A program made the position numbers and the translations under genes. Under the pieces are notes generated by a model. It did not search any database, was not told the origin of the DNA, and saw nothing but the letters and a program-made list of their open reading frames with translations. From Alphaproteobacteria bacterium (lineage in GTDB: Bacteria; Pseudomonadota; Alphaproteobacteria; Paracaedibacterales; CAIOTO01), in assembly GCA_947490395.1 (NCBI GenBank), contig CANLGW010000003.1, positions 1 through 45,872 of the forward strand: 45,872 bases of DNA, read 5' to 3'. Below are positions 1 to 9,049 of the stretch, in pieces. Within the stretch, counting starts at the first letter, position 1; the number at the start of each line of letters is the position of its first letter.

Positions 1-43
1 ATAATTATCGACAAGGCAGTAGGTATTAATGATAAGATCTTCT

Positions 44-111
44 AGGGTCATAGGGCTCGTTAGATTGCTAAAGTTTTAGTCGACTTTATCTAAACAGAAC
101 CCTGTGACTCT
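44..111. repeat. Imperfect long inverted repeat (terminator or miniature element) immediately downstream of the 113..844 ORF
   Basis: Left arm agggtcatagggctcgttagat pairs imperfectly with right arm atctaaacagaaccctgtgactct (reverse complement agagtcacagggttctgtttagat). Confidence 0.55.
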
Positions 112-112
112 T

Positions 113-844
113 TCAATTCCTTTGTGCTGAAAAACTTGAGCACTGCGTATACCAATCAATTCTATCTAAATAATTATAAGATTCAGGAGCCCGATCATCA
201 TTCATAACACGTTCTAACACATTTATAACATCACTGCCTTCGCCATTTCGACAAGCAGGTGCATCCCATAATGTTAATTTTGCCAAGAACATAACTTTGT
301 TCAGGCACGCTTCCGTTGAATTCAATTGGTGAATATAGAGCCAATTCGTTAAATGATTAAATGCAGCCATACGGTGATAATTATTACCATCTCCTTTATC
401 AATAATACGCCTTAATCTAGTATCTGAATAATTTTTCCAATCATACGAATGTGCACGATCTGAATCCCAACGCGATACCCCCCTTATATTAAATATCGGA
501 TAAAAGTGATGGATTCGTAGCTCTCTCGTGTCTTGTTCACCCAAAGTAAAACCATACCCAATGCGGCGTAAATCTTCTATTGATAATAGTTTATGTAAGG
601 GCGCATTTGATAAATAAAATGAATGGTGCATCACAATAGCGTGCGGTATTGCCGTTTCATAATTAAAAGGAATATCCCGTTTATAAGAGGGCACCTGCGA
701 ATAAAAACTGACAGCATGTGATGCAGAATCATCCACCGCCATAAGCGTTTCAGCAGAAAATAAAGATGAATAACCAAGGATTATACACAATGGAATCGTT
801 ATTAATAACTTATTTTTAAACACAAAAATCTCTCTATAAACCAA
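113..844 (-). CDS. Hypothetical protein with predicted signal peptide
   Basis: 243-aa ORF; basic-hydrophobic-small residue N-terminus (KNKLLITIPLCIILGYSSLFSA|E); no family recognised; true start may be the GTG near 823. Confidence 0.75.
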   Translation of the reverse strand: MVYREIFVFKNKLLITIPLCIILGYSSLFSAETLMAVDDSASHAVSFYSQVPSYKRDIPFNYETAIPHAIVMHHSFYLSNAPLHKLLSIEDLRRIGYGFTLGEQDTRELRIHHFYPIFNIRGVSRWDSDRAHSYDWKNYSDTRLRRIIDKGDGNNYHRMAAFNHLTNWLYIHQLNSTEACLNKVMFLAKLTLWDAPACRNGEGSDVINVLERVMNDDRAPESYNYLDRIDWYTQCSSFSAQRN

Positions 845-961
845 ACGTCCATCTTTAGCATATAAGAAATATTTTGAAAATTACAACCCCTCTGGAAATA
901 CAAACATTCCATGAGATCAATAATTGTTAACAGAATCGATTAACCAACACCGTTAGAAAAA

Positions 962-1654
962 TTATTTTCTAAGACGAAACGCCAATGCATTTCCAAGCAT
1001 TTGAATTAACTGAACCAAAATAATTAAAATAATAACAATAAACACAACAAGCGTGACATCATACCGTTGATGACCAAATCGAATCGCCAAATCACCAAGA
1101 CCGCCGCCGCCAACCGTACCTGCCATTGCCGAAAAACCAACTAAATTAATCGCAATTGTTGTGAACTGAATCACAAGAGAAGGCAAGGCTTCAGGCAACA
1201 AAATTTTACGTATAATTGCAAAAGACGTTGCCCCCATGCTCTGTCCAATTTCAATAAATGTGCGTGGCAAGTTAAGCAATGCATCTTCAGACACACGCGC
1301 AATTAGCAAAATAGCCGCTAATGTTAAGGGAAAAATAGCCGCTGACGTTCCTATGGCAGCGCCAATACAAAAGCGTGTCATCGGAATCAACAAAATTGTC
1401 AAAATAATATACGGAATTGATCGAGCCGAATTTATAAAAAAACTAAGCCCTTCATAAAATCCACGATGTGGTTTAATTCCTTTTGGACTAGAGGCAAATA
1501 GAAGTGTCCCCAATGGCAAGCCAAAAACAATCCCCAGAAACAGTGAAACAATTACCATTTGGAGCGTTTCAATCAACCCATACCATAATAAGGCACCTTT
1601 TGCTCCTGTAAAAATATCCTGCAGAACGAATCCAAGCGTTGTTACATATTCCAC
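962..1654 (-). CDS. metI: Methionine ABC transporter permease
   Basis: RSIPYIIL, EIGQSMGAT (EAA-loop variant), FSAMAGTVGGGGLGDLAIRFG motifs; overlaps the end of metN. Confidence 0.93.
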   Translation of the reverse strand: MEYVTTLGFVLQDIFTGAKGALLWYGLIETLQMVIVSLFLGIVFGLPLGTLLFASSPKGIKPHRGFYEGLSFFINSARSIPYIILTILLIPMTRFCIGAAIGTSAAIFPLTLAAILLIARVSEDALLNLPRTFIEIGQSMGATSFAIIRKILLPEALPSLVIQFTTIAINLVGFSAMAGTVGGGGLGDLAIRFGHQRYDVTLVVFIVIILIILVQLIQMLGNALAFRLRK

Positions 1655-2721
1655 GATAAGTACCCCATTGTTTCCACACCAACGCCATGACTCTTCATAT
1701 AACGAATTGCGTCTTCCAATTTCTCATTATGCACGCATGACACCCACAAATGTCCAAACATATGATCAACAACATGATCAAGCGCCCCTGCCAGAATACT
1801 TAAATTCACATTAAATTGTGTAGCAACAGCCGCAATAATGGGCTGCTTTGATGACTCATTTGTAAAGATCAACCGCATCACCGTTTGCGCATGCACTTTT
1901 TCATCATCCGATATATCTTTTTTAATACAACTCAATAAAAACGCAGGCAAATCCCCACCAACCGTACTTTCAACGAGCTGCTGCGTCACCGCGTGTTGTG
2001 GCTTCATTAACACATCAATCGACGTTCCTTGTTCGATAATTTCACCTTGTTCAAGAACAAACACAGCATCAGCGATTTCTTTAACAACACTCATATCATG
2101 TGTTACAAGCACAATTGTCACACCATGGTCACGATTAATCCGTTTAAGTAAAGCAAGAATCTCAAACGTTGTCTTTGGGTCAAGGGCTGATGTTAACTCA
2201 TCACACAACAACACGCCAGGATCGAGCACAAGCGCCCGTGCAATTGCCACGCGTTGACGCTGCCCACCACTCAACTCCGCTGGATAATGATTAATTTTAT
2301 CGCTAAGACCAACTTCATCGAGCAGCTGAAGCGCTTTTTGGCGATGCGTATCTGTCACCTTACCTTGCAGTGCAAAAGGCAACACTACATTTTCAAGAAC
2401 TGTCTTTCGGCTAAGTAGCGTATAGGCTTGGAAAATCACTCCAATCTGACGCAATAAAGCGGTACGCGCCCCCCCTTCAAGGGATACAAAATCTTGATCA
2501 TTAATCAAAATTTGCCCTGAATCAATTATCTCCAGTCCATTCAAACACCGAAGTAACGTACTTTTCCCAGCGCCACTACGCCCAATAATCGCTGAAATTG
2601 ATGACGCACGAATATGCATCGTGACATCTTTCAGAAGGCATAAAATATTACCATCATGTGATACCTTCTTCATAAGATGATTAACACGTAACGAAAAGGC
2701 TTTCTTATTATACTCTGTCAT
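1642..2721 (-). CDS. metN: Methionine ABC transporter ATP-binding protein with C-terminal NIL domain
   Basis: Walker A GRSGAGKST, LSGGQRQRVAIARAL, LLCDELTSALDPKTT; C-terminal RLIF..QPII..VNLSILAG NIL-like domain. Confidence 0.93.
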   Translation of the reverse strand: MTEYNKKAFSLRVNHLMKKVSHDGNILCLLKDVTMHIRASSISAIIGRSGAGKSTLLRCLNGLEIIDSGQILINDQDFVSLEGGARTALLRQIGVIFQAYTLLSRKTVLENVVLPFALQGKVTDTHRQKALQLLDEVGLSDKINHYPAELSGGQRQRVAIARALVLDPGVLLCDELTSALDPKTTFEILALLKRINRDHGVTIVLVTHDMSVVKEIADAVFVLEQGEIIEQGTSIDVLMKPQHAVTQQLVESTVGGDLPAFLLSCIKKDISDDEKVHAQTVMRLIFTNESSKQPIIAAVATQFNVNLSILAGALDHVVDHMFGHLWVSCVHNEKLEDAIRYMKSHGVGVETMGYLSWNM

Positions 2722-3695
2722 TCTAAACTCTTTATATCCGATCCTAAATCCATACAGGCCGCACGTGTCAAACGATCATTAATAGCCATCCCAATACCGA
2801 TGTTTGGAATGGGTGAAACCGCAATCTCCTTACATGAACTTTGATCTAAAAAACGCATCATTGCAAATAAATTTGAAGCAGCTTCTGTTAAATCTCCTGA
2901 TTCACTTAAATTCATTGTTGCCTCTGGCGTAGAGCCAAATCCAAGAAAAGCATCACCAGGCAATGGCGATGTCACATTGAGCCGTAACGGGTGATGAGGG
3001 GCATAATGACGTTTTAACATACCAGGCGCCACAATGTGCGCTGTGTTAGTCACGCACTGCACTGTACAACCACTAACCGATTTAATCATCTCAACCGTCG
3101 CACCACCTGGGCGCAGCAAAATAGGACAATCGGTTGTCACATCTACAATCGTTGATTCAAGACCCACCACACATGCACCGCCATCCAGAACCAATGACAC
3201 CCGATCACCAAGATCCTGACGTACAGCATCCGCTGTTGTTGGACTTATATGATTTGATCTATTTGCGCTTGGTGCAGCAAGTGGCTTACCAAAGGCTGTA
3301 ATCAATGACAAAGCAACAGAATGAGCAGGTATGCGAATAGCCACCGTATCAAGTCCCGCTGTTACCAAATGTGATAAACCTCTATTATTGCGTTTAACAA
3401 CTAAGGTAAGCGGACGTTGATACAGTGACCCAATCATCCAGAAAGCTTCCGCTAACTGCAATGCCAGCGGTGAAAAATCACCCCACTGACGCGCCATTTC
3501 AATTGAATCCACATGAATAATTAACGGGTTAAAAGACGGGCGTTCTTTTAAAGCATAAATCTGTGCTACTGCTTTATCATTTGTTGCATCAGCAGCTAAA
3601 CCATACACAGTTTCCGTTGGCATCCCAACAACATGCCCTTCTGTCAACAAATTCAAAGCATGCTCAAAACGTGTATCATTTTTTTTATAATTCAT
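2718..3695 (-). CDS. sua5: L-threonylcarbamoyladenylate synthase (Sua5/TsaC with SUA5 domain)
   Basis: PTETVYGLAADA, KERPSFNPLIIH, AAPSANRS, GLESTIVD, APGMLKRHYAP; ATG at 3695 preferred over the GTG at 3731; ATGA overlap with metN. Confidence 0.93.
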   Translation of the reverse strand: MNYKKNDTRFEHALNLLTEGHVVGMPTETVYGLAADATNDKAVAQIYALKERPSFNPLIIHVDSIEMARQWGDFSPLALQLAEAFWMIGSLYQRPLTLVVKRNNRGLSHLVTAGLDTVAIRIPAHSVALSLITAFGKPLAAPSANRSNHISPTTADAVRQDLGDRVSLVLDGGACVVGLESTIVDVTTDCPILLRPGGATVEMIKSVSGCTVQCVTNTAHIVAPGMLKRHYAPHHPLRLNVTSPLPGDAFLGFGSTPEATMNLSESGDLTEAASNLFAMMRFLDQSSCKEIAVSPIPNIGIGMAINDRLTRAACMDLGSDIKSLE

Positions 3696-3709
3696 TAAGG
3701 ACTTTTTAA
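3695..3709. promoter_or_regulatory. Candidate CtrA-binding box (TTAA-N7-TTAA) upstream of the MCP gene
   Basis: TTAA-GGACTTT-TTAA about 54 bp upstream of the MCP start; CtrA controls chemotaxis genes in Alphaproteobacteria, but the motif also arises by chance in AT-rich DNA. Confidence 0.45.
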
Positions 3710-3762
3710 TTCTTGCACCATTATACTTCACTTATATAAAACATTTAACTGTATTTTGATAG

Positions 3763-4992
3763 ATGAAAACATTATTAAATGACAGACATCTTTCAGCACG
3801 TATACGCATACGGTATTTTTGTTTAATAACATTCGTTAGCTGTATTCCTTTCATTTATATGTGTTCTATAGTATACTTATTAATCCCTCTTTATAAAATT
3901 ATTTTCCTCGGTCTCGTTATACTCGGTTTTAACTGGGGACTAAGCTTACATTTCTCTCATCCAATTGAATCAATTCAGCGTATTACCAATCATTTAGCCT
4001 CTGGAAAAACAAATGATGTCATCCTCTCTCACCATTTAACGACTGAAATTAATGATATTGCACATAATCTTTCAAAACTACAAACGCTTATCGAACAAAC
4101 TGAGATCATTCGACAAAACACCATCATTACGCACAACACAGAAAATACAACTTTTATCGATAAAAAAATTAATTTTGACAACCATCATTTTCATCTTCGT
4201 GCGTTTGAAGGAACCGTTCAAAAAATTATTGAATCCATACATGAAATTCATAATTTAGCGCATGTTGGGTTTTCTCTCATTCAGCAATCAAACAATCGAT
4301 CCCAAAATCTTGTTTCAGCCTCAAAAGATTCGACGTTAAAAATTAAAACTGCTATGACAGCCTCTGAAAAATTACTAACCTCCATTTCTGACATTAGTAC
4401 CCAAGTCAATCACTCAACAACTGTTGCCAAAAAGGCAACACGTGCAGCCGAAGAAACAGATGCACATGTACAGGGGCTTTCTACTGTTGCAAACCGTATT
4501 AGTGATGTGGTTTTGCTCATCCAAGAAATCGCTAATCAAACACATCTTCTTGCGCTAAATGCCACGATCGAAGCCGCACGTGCAGGCGAGGCTGGCAAAG
4601 GATTCGCGGTTGTTGCCTCCGAAGTAAAAAGCCTTGCCAATGAAACAGCGAATGCAACCGATGATATTAGTCATCAAGTTAAATCCATACAAAAAGCAAC
4701 TAGCGAGACCGTTCTTGCTATACGCCTGATTAATGATATCATCAATGAAATGAATCAAATATCAACAAGTATTGCAACAGCCATTAATGAACAAACACTT
4801 GCCACACAAGAAATAGCACATAACATACAACAAATTTGGCAACTCACCGATAATATCTCAGGGCAAATGCAAAGCGTTTTTAATTCAGGTGAACAGCTTG
4901 AAAAAATGCTATCAAGCATCCGTCTATCATCACAAACACTATCACACCAAACACGTACGATAGAACGAGATATTCACTATGCCTATGAGTAA
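3763..4992 (+). CDS. Methyl-accepting chemotaxis protein
   Basis: Signalling hairpin [40 protein letters not shown]; two closely spaced N-terminal TM segments and a HAMP-like PIESI..LASG..EINDIA segment. Confidence 0.93.
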   Translation: MKTLLNDRHLSARIRIRYFCLITFVSCIPFIYMCSIVYLLIPLYKIIFLGLVILGFNWGLSLHFSHPIESIQRITNHLASGKTNDVILSHHLTTEINDIAHNLSKLQTLIEQTEIIRQNTIITHNTENTTFIDKKINFDNHHFHLRAFEGTVQKIIESIHEIHNLAHVGFSLIQQSNNRSQNLVSASKDSTLKIKTAMTASEKLLTSISDISTQVNHSTTVAKKATRAAEETDAHVQGLSTVANRISDVVLLIQEIANQTHLLALNATIEAARAGEAGKGFAVVASEVKSLANETANATDDISHQVKSIQKATSETVLAIRLINDIINEMNQISTSIATAINEQTLATQEIAHNIQQIWQLTDNISGQMQSVFNSGEQLEKMLSSIRLSSQTLSHQTRTIERDIHYAYE

Positions 4993-5065
4993 AACATTCT
5001 AAAAGCCCCACACATAAAACTTCTTTTTTTTAACGTTACCCTAAGAAGGGGTTAATATCTCATTT

Positions 5066-5455
5066 TTAATATTTAAACCAACAAAAGTTATACTGTCTTA
5101 TTCCATCTCTTTTTGCCGCACTATCGAAAACAATTGATTGAGTTAATGAGATAAGAGTGTGGAGTGGAATTTCTACAACTTCTCTTTCGGCATCTCTGGG
5201 GAAAATGACAAATTTACCAACGATTAAATTGGTTTGGTCTCCTACTGGTAATAAATCTTTCAATTTTTGCTCTTCTAATATTAAACCCTGATGCCATTCT
5301 TGTATTGATTTTCCTTTAAAAAAGACAGGATCCTGTTCTGTGGAAGACAGATCTTGTATCATCAAATGAGCTGCTTTTAAACAAGACGTATTATCATTAA
5401 TAAAAATTAATAAAAATAAGATCGCACGAAAATAAGAAAAAAATGGAAATATCAT
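5066..5455 (-). CDS. Hypothetical signal-peptide protein, possibly a truncated remnant
   Basis: 129 aa, hydrophobic N-terminus, RBS-like TGGA upstream; ends abruptly in an atypical QYNFCWFKY tail. Confidence 0.5.
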   Translation of the reverse strand: MIFPFFSYFRAILFLLIFINDNTSCLKAAHLMIQDLSSTEQDPVFFKGKSIQEWHQGLILEEQKLKDLLPVGDQTNLIVGKFVIFPRDAEREVVEIPLHTLISLTQSIVFDSAAKRDGIRQYNFCWFKY

Positions 5456-5479
5456 TTTTATTATTCCAATTTATTTTTT

Positions 5480-6368
5480 TTATAGCTCATCTTCATCCGT
5501 ATTTTCATCATAATAATCAAAACTTTCTTCAAAAGATAAATCTGCTTTATTTTCTATAATTCGATAATAAAGTTTATGCTTATTATCCCAATCGGAACGC
5601 AACAGCCCATCTCTTTCTAATTTCTGATAAATCTTAACCTTGTTTTTTGCTTGCCAGAGATAATTTTTTGGTAAAAATATTATCTTTTTGGTATAACTTA
5701 CAATTTCATTTCTTACTAGTGGTTGATGCTTAAAAAAATGTTTATGTAAACTTAAGCATAAATCATTAATATTCTTCATTGCACAATGTGTGTTTCCATG
5801 AACATTAACGTATAAGACTTTTGGGTGTGACAACCAGAGCGCTAATGCAGCTGTACTACGAAGTGTAATACTATTATCAGAGATGTCTAAAATTACATAA
5901 CTATGACTATCAAAAGAAAGAGATTGCATTATTCGATCTGTTAGTTCTCCAAATGATATATCATTTAAGCCGTGCAATGAAAATTTAATAAGAGATTATC
6001 TACATCTGTAAGTGTACCAAGTGAATCAGCAACAGAAGTAGTTGAAATGCATTCATCATCTGTTTCTCCTGCTTCTAATAAACCACGCATAGTATGATCC
6101 GATACAATTACATGGTCTTCAAAGCTTTTTGGATAGAATTCTTGAAAGACAGGTGATATATCCGATATCACGGATTCGTTATGAGTTTCTCGACGTGATT
6201 TGAAATAGCAATACTATCCTCTGCCGCTTGTTCCGAGCTGTTTTTTACGGCACTAATATGTATATCTGATATTTTTTGAGTGATAAATTTCTCGTCTATT
6301 TCATCACTAGCAAAAACAGTTATTTTCAATAAGCAAAACACGGCTATATATTGAATAATATTTTTCAT
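5480..6368 (-). pseudogene. Secreted LRR-like protein split by two -1 frameshifts (three ORFs: 6168..6386, 5965..6171, 5480..5977)
   Basis: Each ORF overlaps the next and is offset by -1; only the first has an ATG and signal peptide (MKNIIQYIAVFCLLKITVFA|SDE); joined product about 296 aa with LDISDNSI..LYVNVHGN LRR-like motifs. Confidence 0.65.
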
Positions 6369-6518
6369 CTTTTCACCATTTTTCATTTATCTTGATTAAT
6401 TTAATAAATAACATTTCAATCACAATAAATCTATTTATTGCTATCTAGCATACTGAATAAAAAACCACAAAGCAAATTGAAGAAAAACTTAGTTTTCCTT
6501 TGTTCAATGATGTCTTAA

Positions 6519-6550
6519 TTTGTTTCATATAAACGCTTCAATGAAACAAA
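6519..6550. repeat. Perfect 10-bp inverted repeat with 12-nt spacer (operator or hairpin)
   Basis: tttgtttcat-N12-atgaaacaaa. Confidence 0.45.
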
Positions 6551-6574
6551 CCACCCATGGTTTTATGCGCACGA

Positions 6575-6717
6575 TGAAACCCTTGCATGACTACCTTTTT
6601 AGGTGATTTGCTCGTCAAATCTTACATGCACTCTTCAAATACATTAAGTATGCTGCAGTACTCTGTTTTGATTTTCCTAAAACTCCCTCTAAAAATTTAA
6701 GTCATGCAAAGGTCTCA
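6575..6717. mobile_element. RPE-like (Rickettsia palindromic element-type) miniature element, about 143 bp
   Basis: Terminal IRs tgaaacccttgcatgact / agtcatgcaaaggtctca (16/18 match); minus-strand core reads GVLGKSKQSTAAYL, then after a 1-nt slip NVFEE..LTSKSP, resembling RPE peptides of the TAAY..VREE..T.K.P type as recalled. Confidence 0.7.
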
Positions 6718-6738
6718 ATATAAATAATGACGTCACAT

Positions 6739-7629
6739 TTAATTATGGCATTGCTGCCAATGACTAACAATAGGCTCACTCAATATCTTATTATAAGATT
6801 TTCCATGTAAATGCCCCATTTCTTCAATAACTAATAAAGCAGACATTGGAATTTTTTGATGTGTTGCATAAGCATGCTCAACCAAAACAAAGGGATTAGA
6901 CGCACCATGAATAATGAGTGCTGGCTGACTGATTTTTTCTGACTCAAAGCAACTATTACTGAGGACTCCTGCTAATATATGGTGATGAAAAAAAGTAGGG
7001 CTATGCATTCGATTCGTCCGCGCACGTTCCTCTATAATAAGCGCACCCCATTCTTCCTCGTCAAAAAGCACATCTTTTCCATTAAGAATACGCAGCATAT
7101 CAAGTTTAGACTGAAAATAATTAGGATCGTTTAATAATATCGTCCCTCGTCGCATGAGCGCATCATACACATCAGGGTCAGAACTTGGCAGTATATAATT
7201 TACACGTTGCGCTAGAATAGGGGTTACATTCCACGTTGAATTAATTATTACCATAGAACGCACAAATTGAGGAGACTCAATTGCTAAAAGCTGCGCTATA
7301 TGCCCCCCCATACCACTCCCTAAAATATGTACGGATGTTTGCCCATAGTCATAAATAAGACCTCGCAAATCATCAACCATATCAATGTAACGATAAGGAT
7401 TTGCATTAAAGTTAATATGGGTTGATAACCCAGTATCACGGTGATCAAAACGAACAACATAAAAGCCTTGGCGTGCAAGTGCTTCACAAAAGGATGTATT
7501 CCAATAAATTCCTTGTCTACTTGCCGCCATTACCATCAGCACAAAGGGATCTGAAGGATTACCAAAGGACTCTGACCAAATTTCTCCCCAGCTAAACAGG
7601 GTTTTACGCGTATTTCTAACAACAATCAT
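6739..7629 (-). CDS. Alpha/beta-fold hydrolase (RdmC/EstX-like) with altered catalytic triad
   Basis: WSESFGNPSDP, VVRFDHRDTGLS, EEMGH motifs; nucleophile elbow reads GSGMGG and the acid site reads HGASNP. Confidence 0.88.
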   Translation of the reverse strand: MIVVRNTRKTLFSWGEIWSESFGNPSDPFVLMVMAASRQGIYWNTSFCEALARQGFYVVRFDHRDTGLSTHINFNANPYRYIDMVDDLRGLIYDYGQTSVHILGSGMGGHIAQLLAIESPQFVRSMVIINSTWNVTPILAQRVNYILPSSDPDVYDALMRRGTILLNDPNYFQSKLDMLRILNGKDVLFDEEEWGALIIEERARTNRMHSPTFFHHHILAGVLSNSCFESEKISQPALIIHGASNPFVLVEHAYATHQKIPMSALLVIEEMGHLHGKSYNKILSEPIVSHWQQCHN

Positions 7630-7889
7630 TGATAAAACTTACATTATCTATCAATACAACACGCAAGAAGATACTCTTTTCACTCAACATATGCTTTACA
7701 AAACCAGACCAAACATTTAGATAACAAATAAGCATATAAATATAAAGTTGAAAGAATGATAAATTTTCTACCAAATTTAATTAACTCTTCTAACAAATAA
7801 AATCCCTCCTCTTATTATCCCCCCATAGAATCTTTATAAAAAACAATGTACCATTGACTTAGAGCTATTTTTAAAAACACATTTATTTA

Positions 7890-8999
7890 ATGCATAAGCT
7901 AGATATTAGGGCAATATCCCATACGTACTCTGTTGTAATCGAACAATCAAGTTTCGACCAAATGGATTTTACCCCTTTTTCAGCAATCATAATCGATCAG
8001 CATCTCATAAAAATGTACCCTTTAATTACCGAGAAAATGCTTAATCTCCCAATATTCACCTATGAAGCCACAGAATCCAATAAATCTCTCGCCATGGTGG
8101 AGCAAATTTTACTCTTTCTAAATAATAACCATTTAACGAAATCAGCCCATATCTTGATTATTGGTGGGGGTATTTTGAATGATACAGGGGGACTTGTTGC
8201 GTCGCTTTACATGCGGGGAATAAAATGGTCATTTGTACCAACCACCCTTCTATCAATGGTTGATGCCTGCATTGGTGGTAAGTGTGCTGTTAATGTTAAC
8301 ACTCACACACATGTAATCATTAAGAATTTAATTGGCACTATTTACCCACCCCACCATGTTTCCATCGACCCTAATTTTGCACAAACGTTATCACACATAC
8401 AGATTTATTCAGGTTTGGCAGAAGTGGCTAAATCAGCTTTTTTAATGCAACAATATAACAACACTATCCTAAATACCTATTTCTCCTTATATAACCGCAT
8501 GATATCTAACCCAAGCCAACAAAATAAATGTTTAACTGATTTAATTGCCTTATCTCTTGGCGTTAAAAAATTTATTGTTGAGCGCGATGAATTTGACATA
8601 AACGAACGACGCTATCTAAATTTCGGTCACACCTTCGGACACGCCATTGAATCTGCGACACACTACGCAATTGAACATGGCCTTGCCGTTGCCATTGGCA
8701 TGCTGTGTGCCATTGATTTTGCCAAAATCTACATGGGCACTCAAAACAATACGATTACAATCTTCAGACAACATATCAAAGAAGCTATTTTAGCACCCTT
8801 TCCCCAGCTAAACGATTATATTGACGCTATTAAATGGCAGGATTTTTGGCATGCCTTTGAGGGTGATAAAAAGCATAATACAGAGTTTGAACTTATTTTG
8901 CCTTCAGTCACAAGCGGTGTTAGCCGCGTGAGTTTTACTAAATCACACGAAGTTGAAGAGAACATAAAAGGCATTTTATATCAGTGTTTAACACGGTAA
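7890..8999 (+). CDS. 3-dehydroquinate synthase-family sugar phosphate cyclase (AroB-like, divergent)
   Basis: GGGILND, PTTLLSMVDACIGGK, KNLIG, GLAEVAK, LNFGHTFGHAIES, HGLAVAIGM; metal ligands E/H/H retained. Confidence 0.88.
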   Translation: MHKLDIRAISHTYSVVIEQSSFDQMDFTPFSAIIIDQHLIKMYPLITEKMLNLPIFTYEATESNKSLAMVEQILLFLNNNHLTKSAHILIIGGGILNDTGGLVASLYMRGIKWSFVPTTLLSMVDACIGGKCAVNVNTHTHVIIKNLIGTIYPPHHVSIDPNFAQTLSHIQIYSGLAEVAKSAFLMQQYNNTILNTYFSLYNRMISNPSQQNKCLTDLIALSLGVKKFIVERDEFDINERRYLNFGHTFGHAIESATHYAIEHGLAVAIGMLCAIDFAKIYMGTQNNTITIFRQHIKEAILAPFPQLNDYIDAIKWQDFWHAFEGDKKHNTEFELILPSVTSGVSRVSFTKSHEVEENIKGILYQCLTR

Positions 9000-9049
9000 T
9001 GAAAAGGGGGTACATAACCTATAACGTAGCCCCATTTATAATTTTATAA

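Noticed and set aside
16-24. gcagtaggt matching the reverse complement of the IS end at about 45732
   Set aside because: Only 9 bp match with divergent flanks; compatible with chance
6240-6246. A_AAA_AAC slippery heptamer in the first fragment of the split LRR gene
   Set aside because: A -1 shift here meets a TAG about 9 codons later, so it cannot join the fragments
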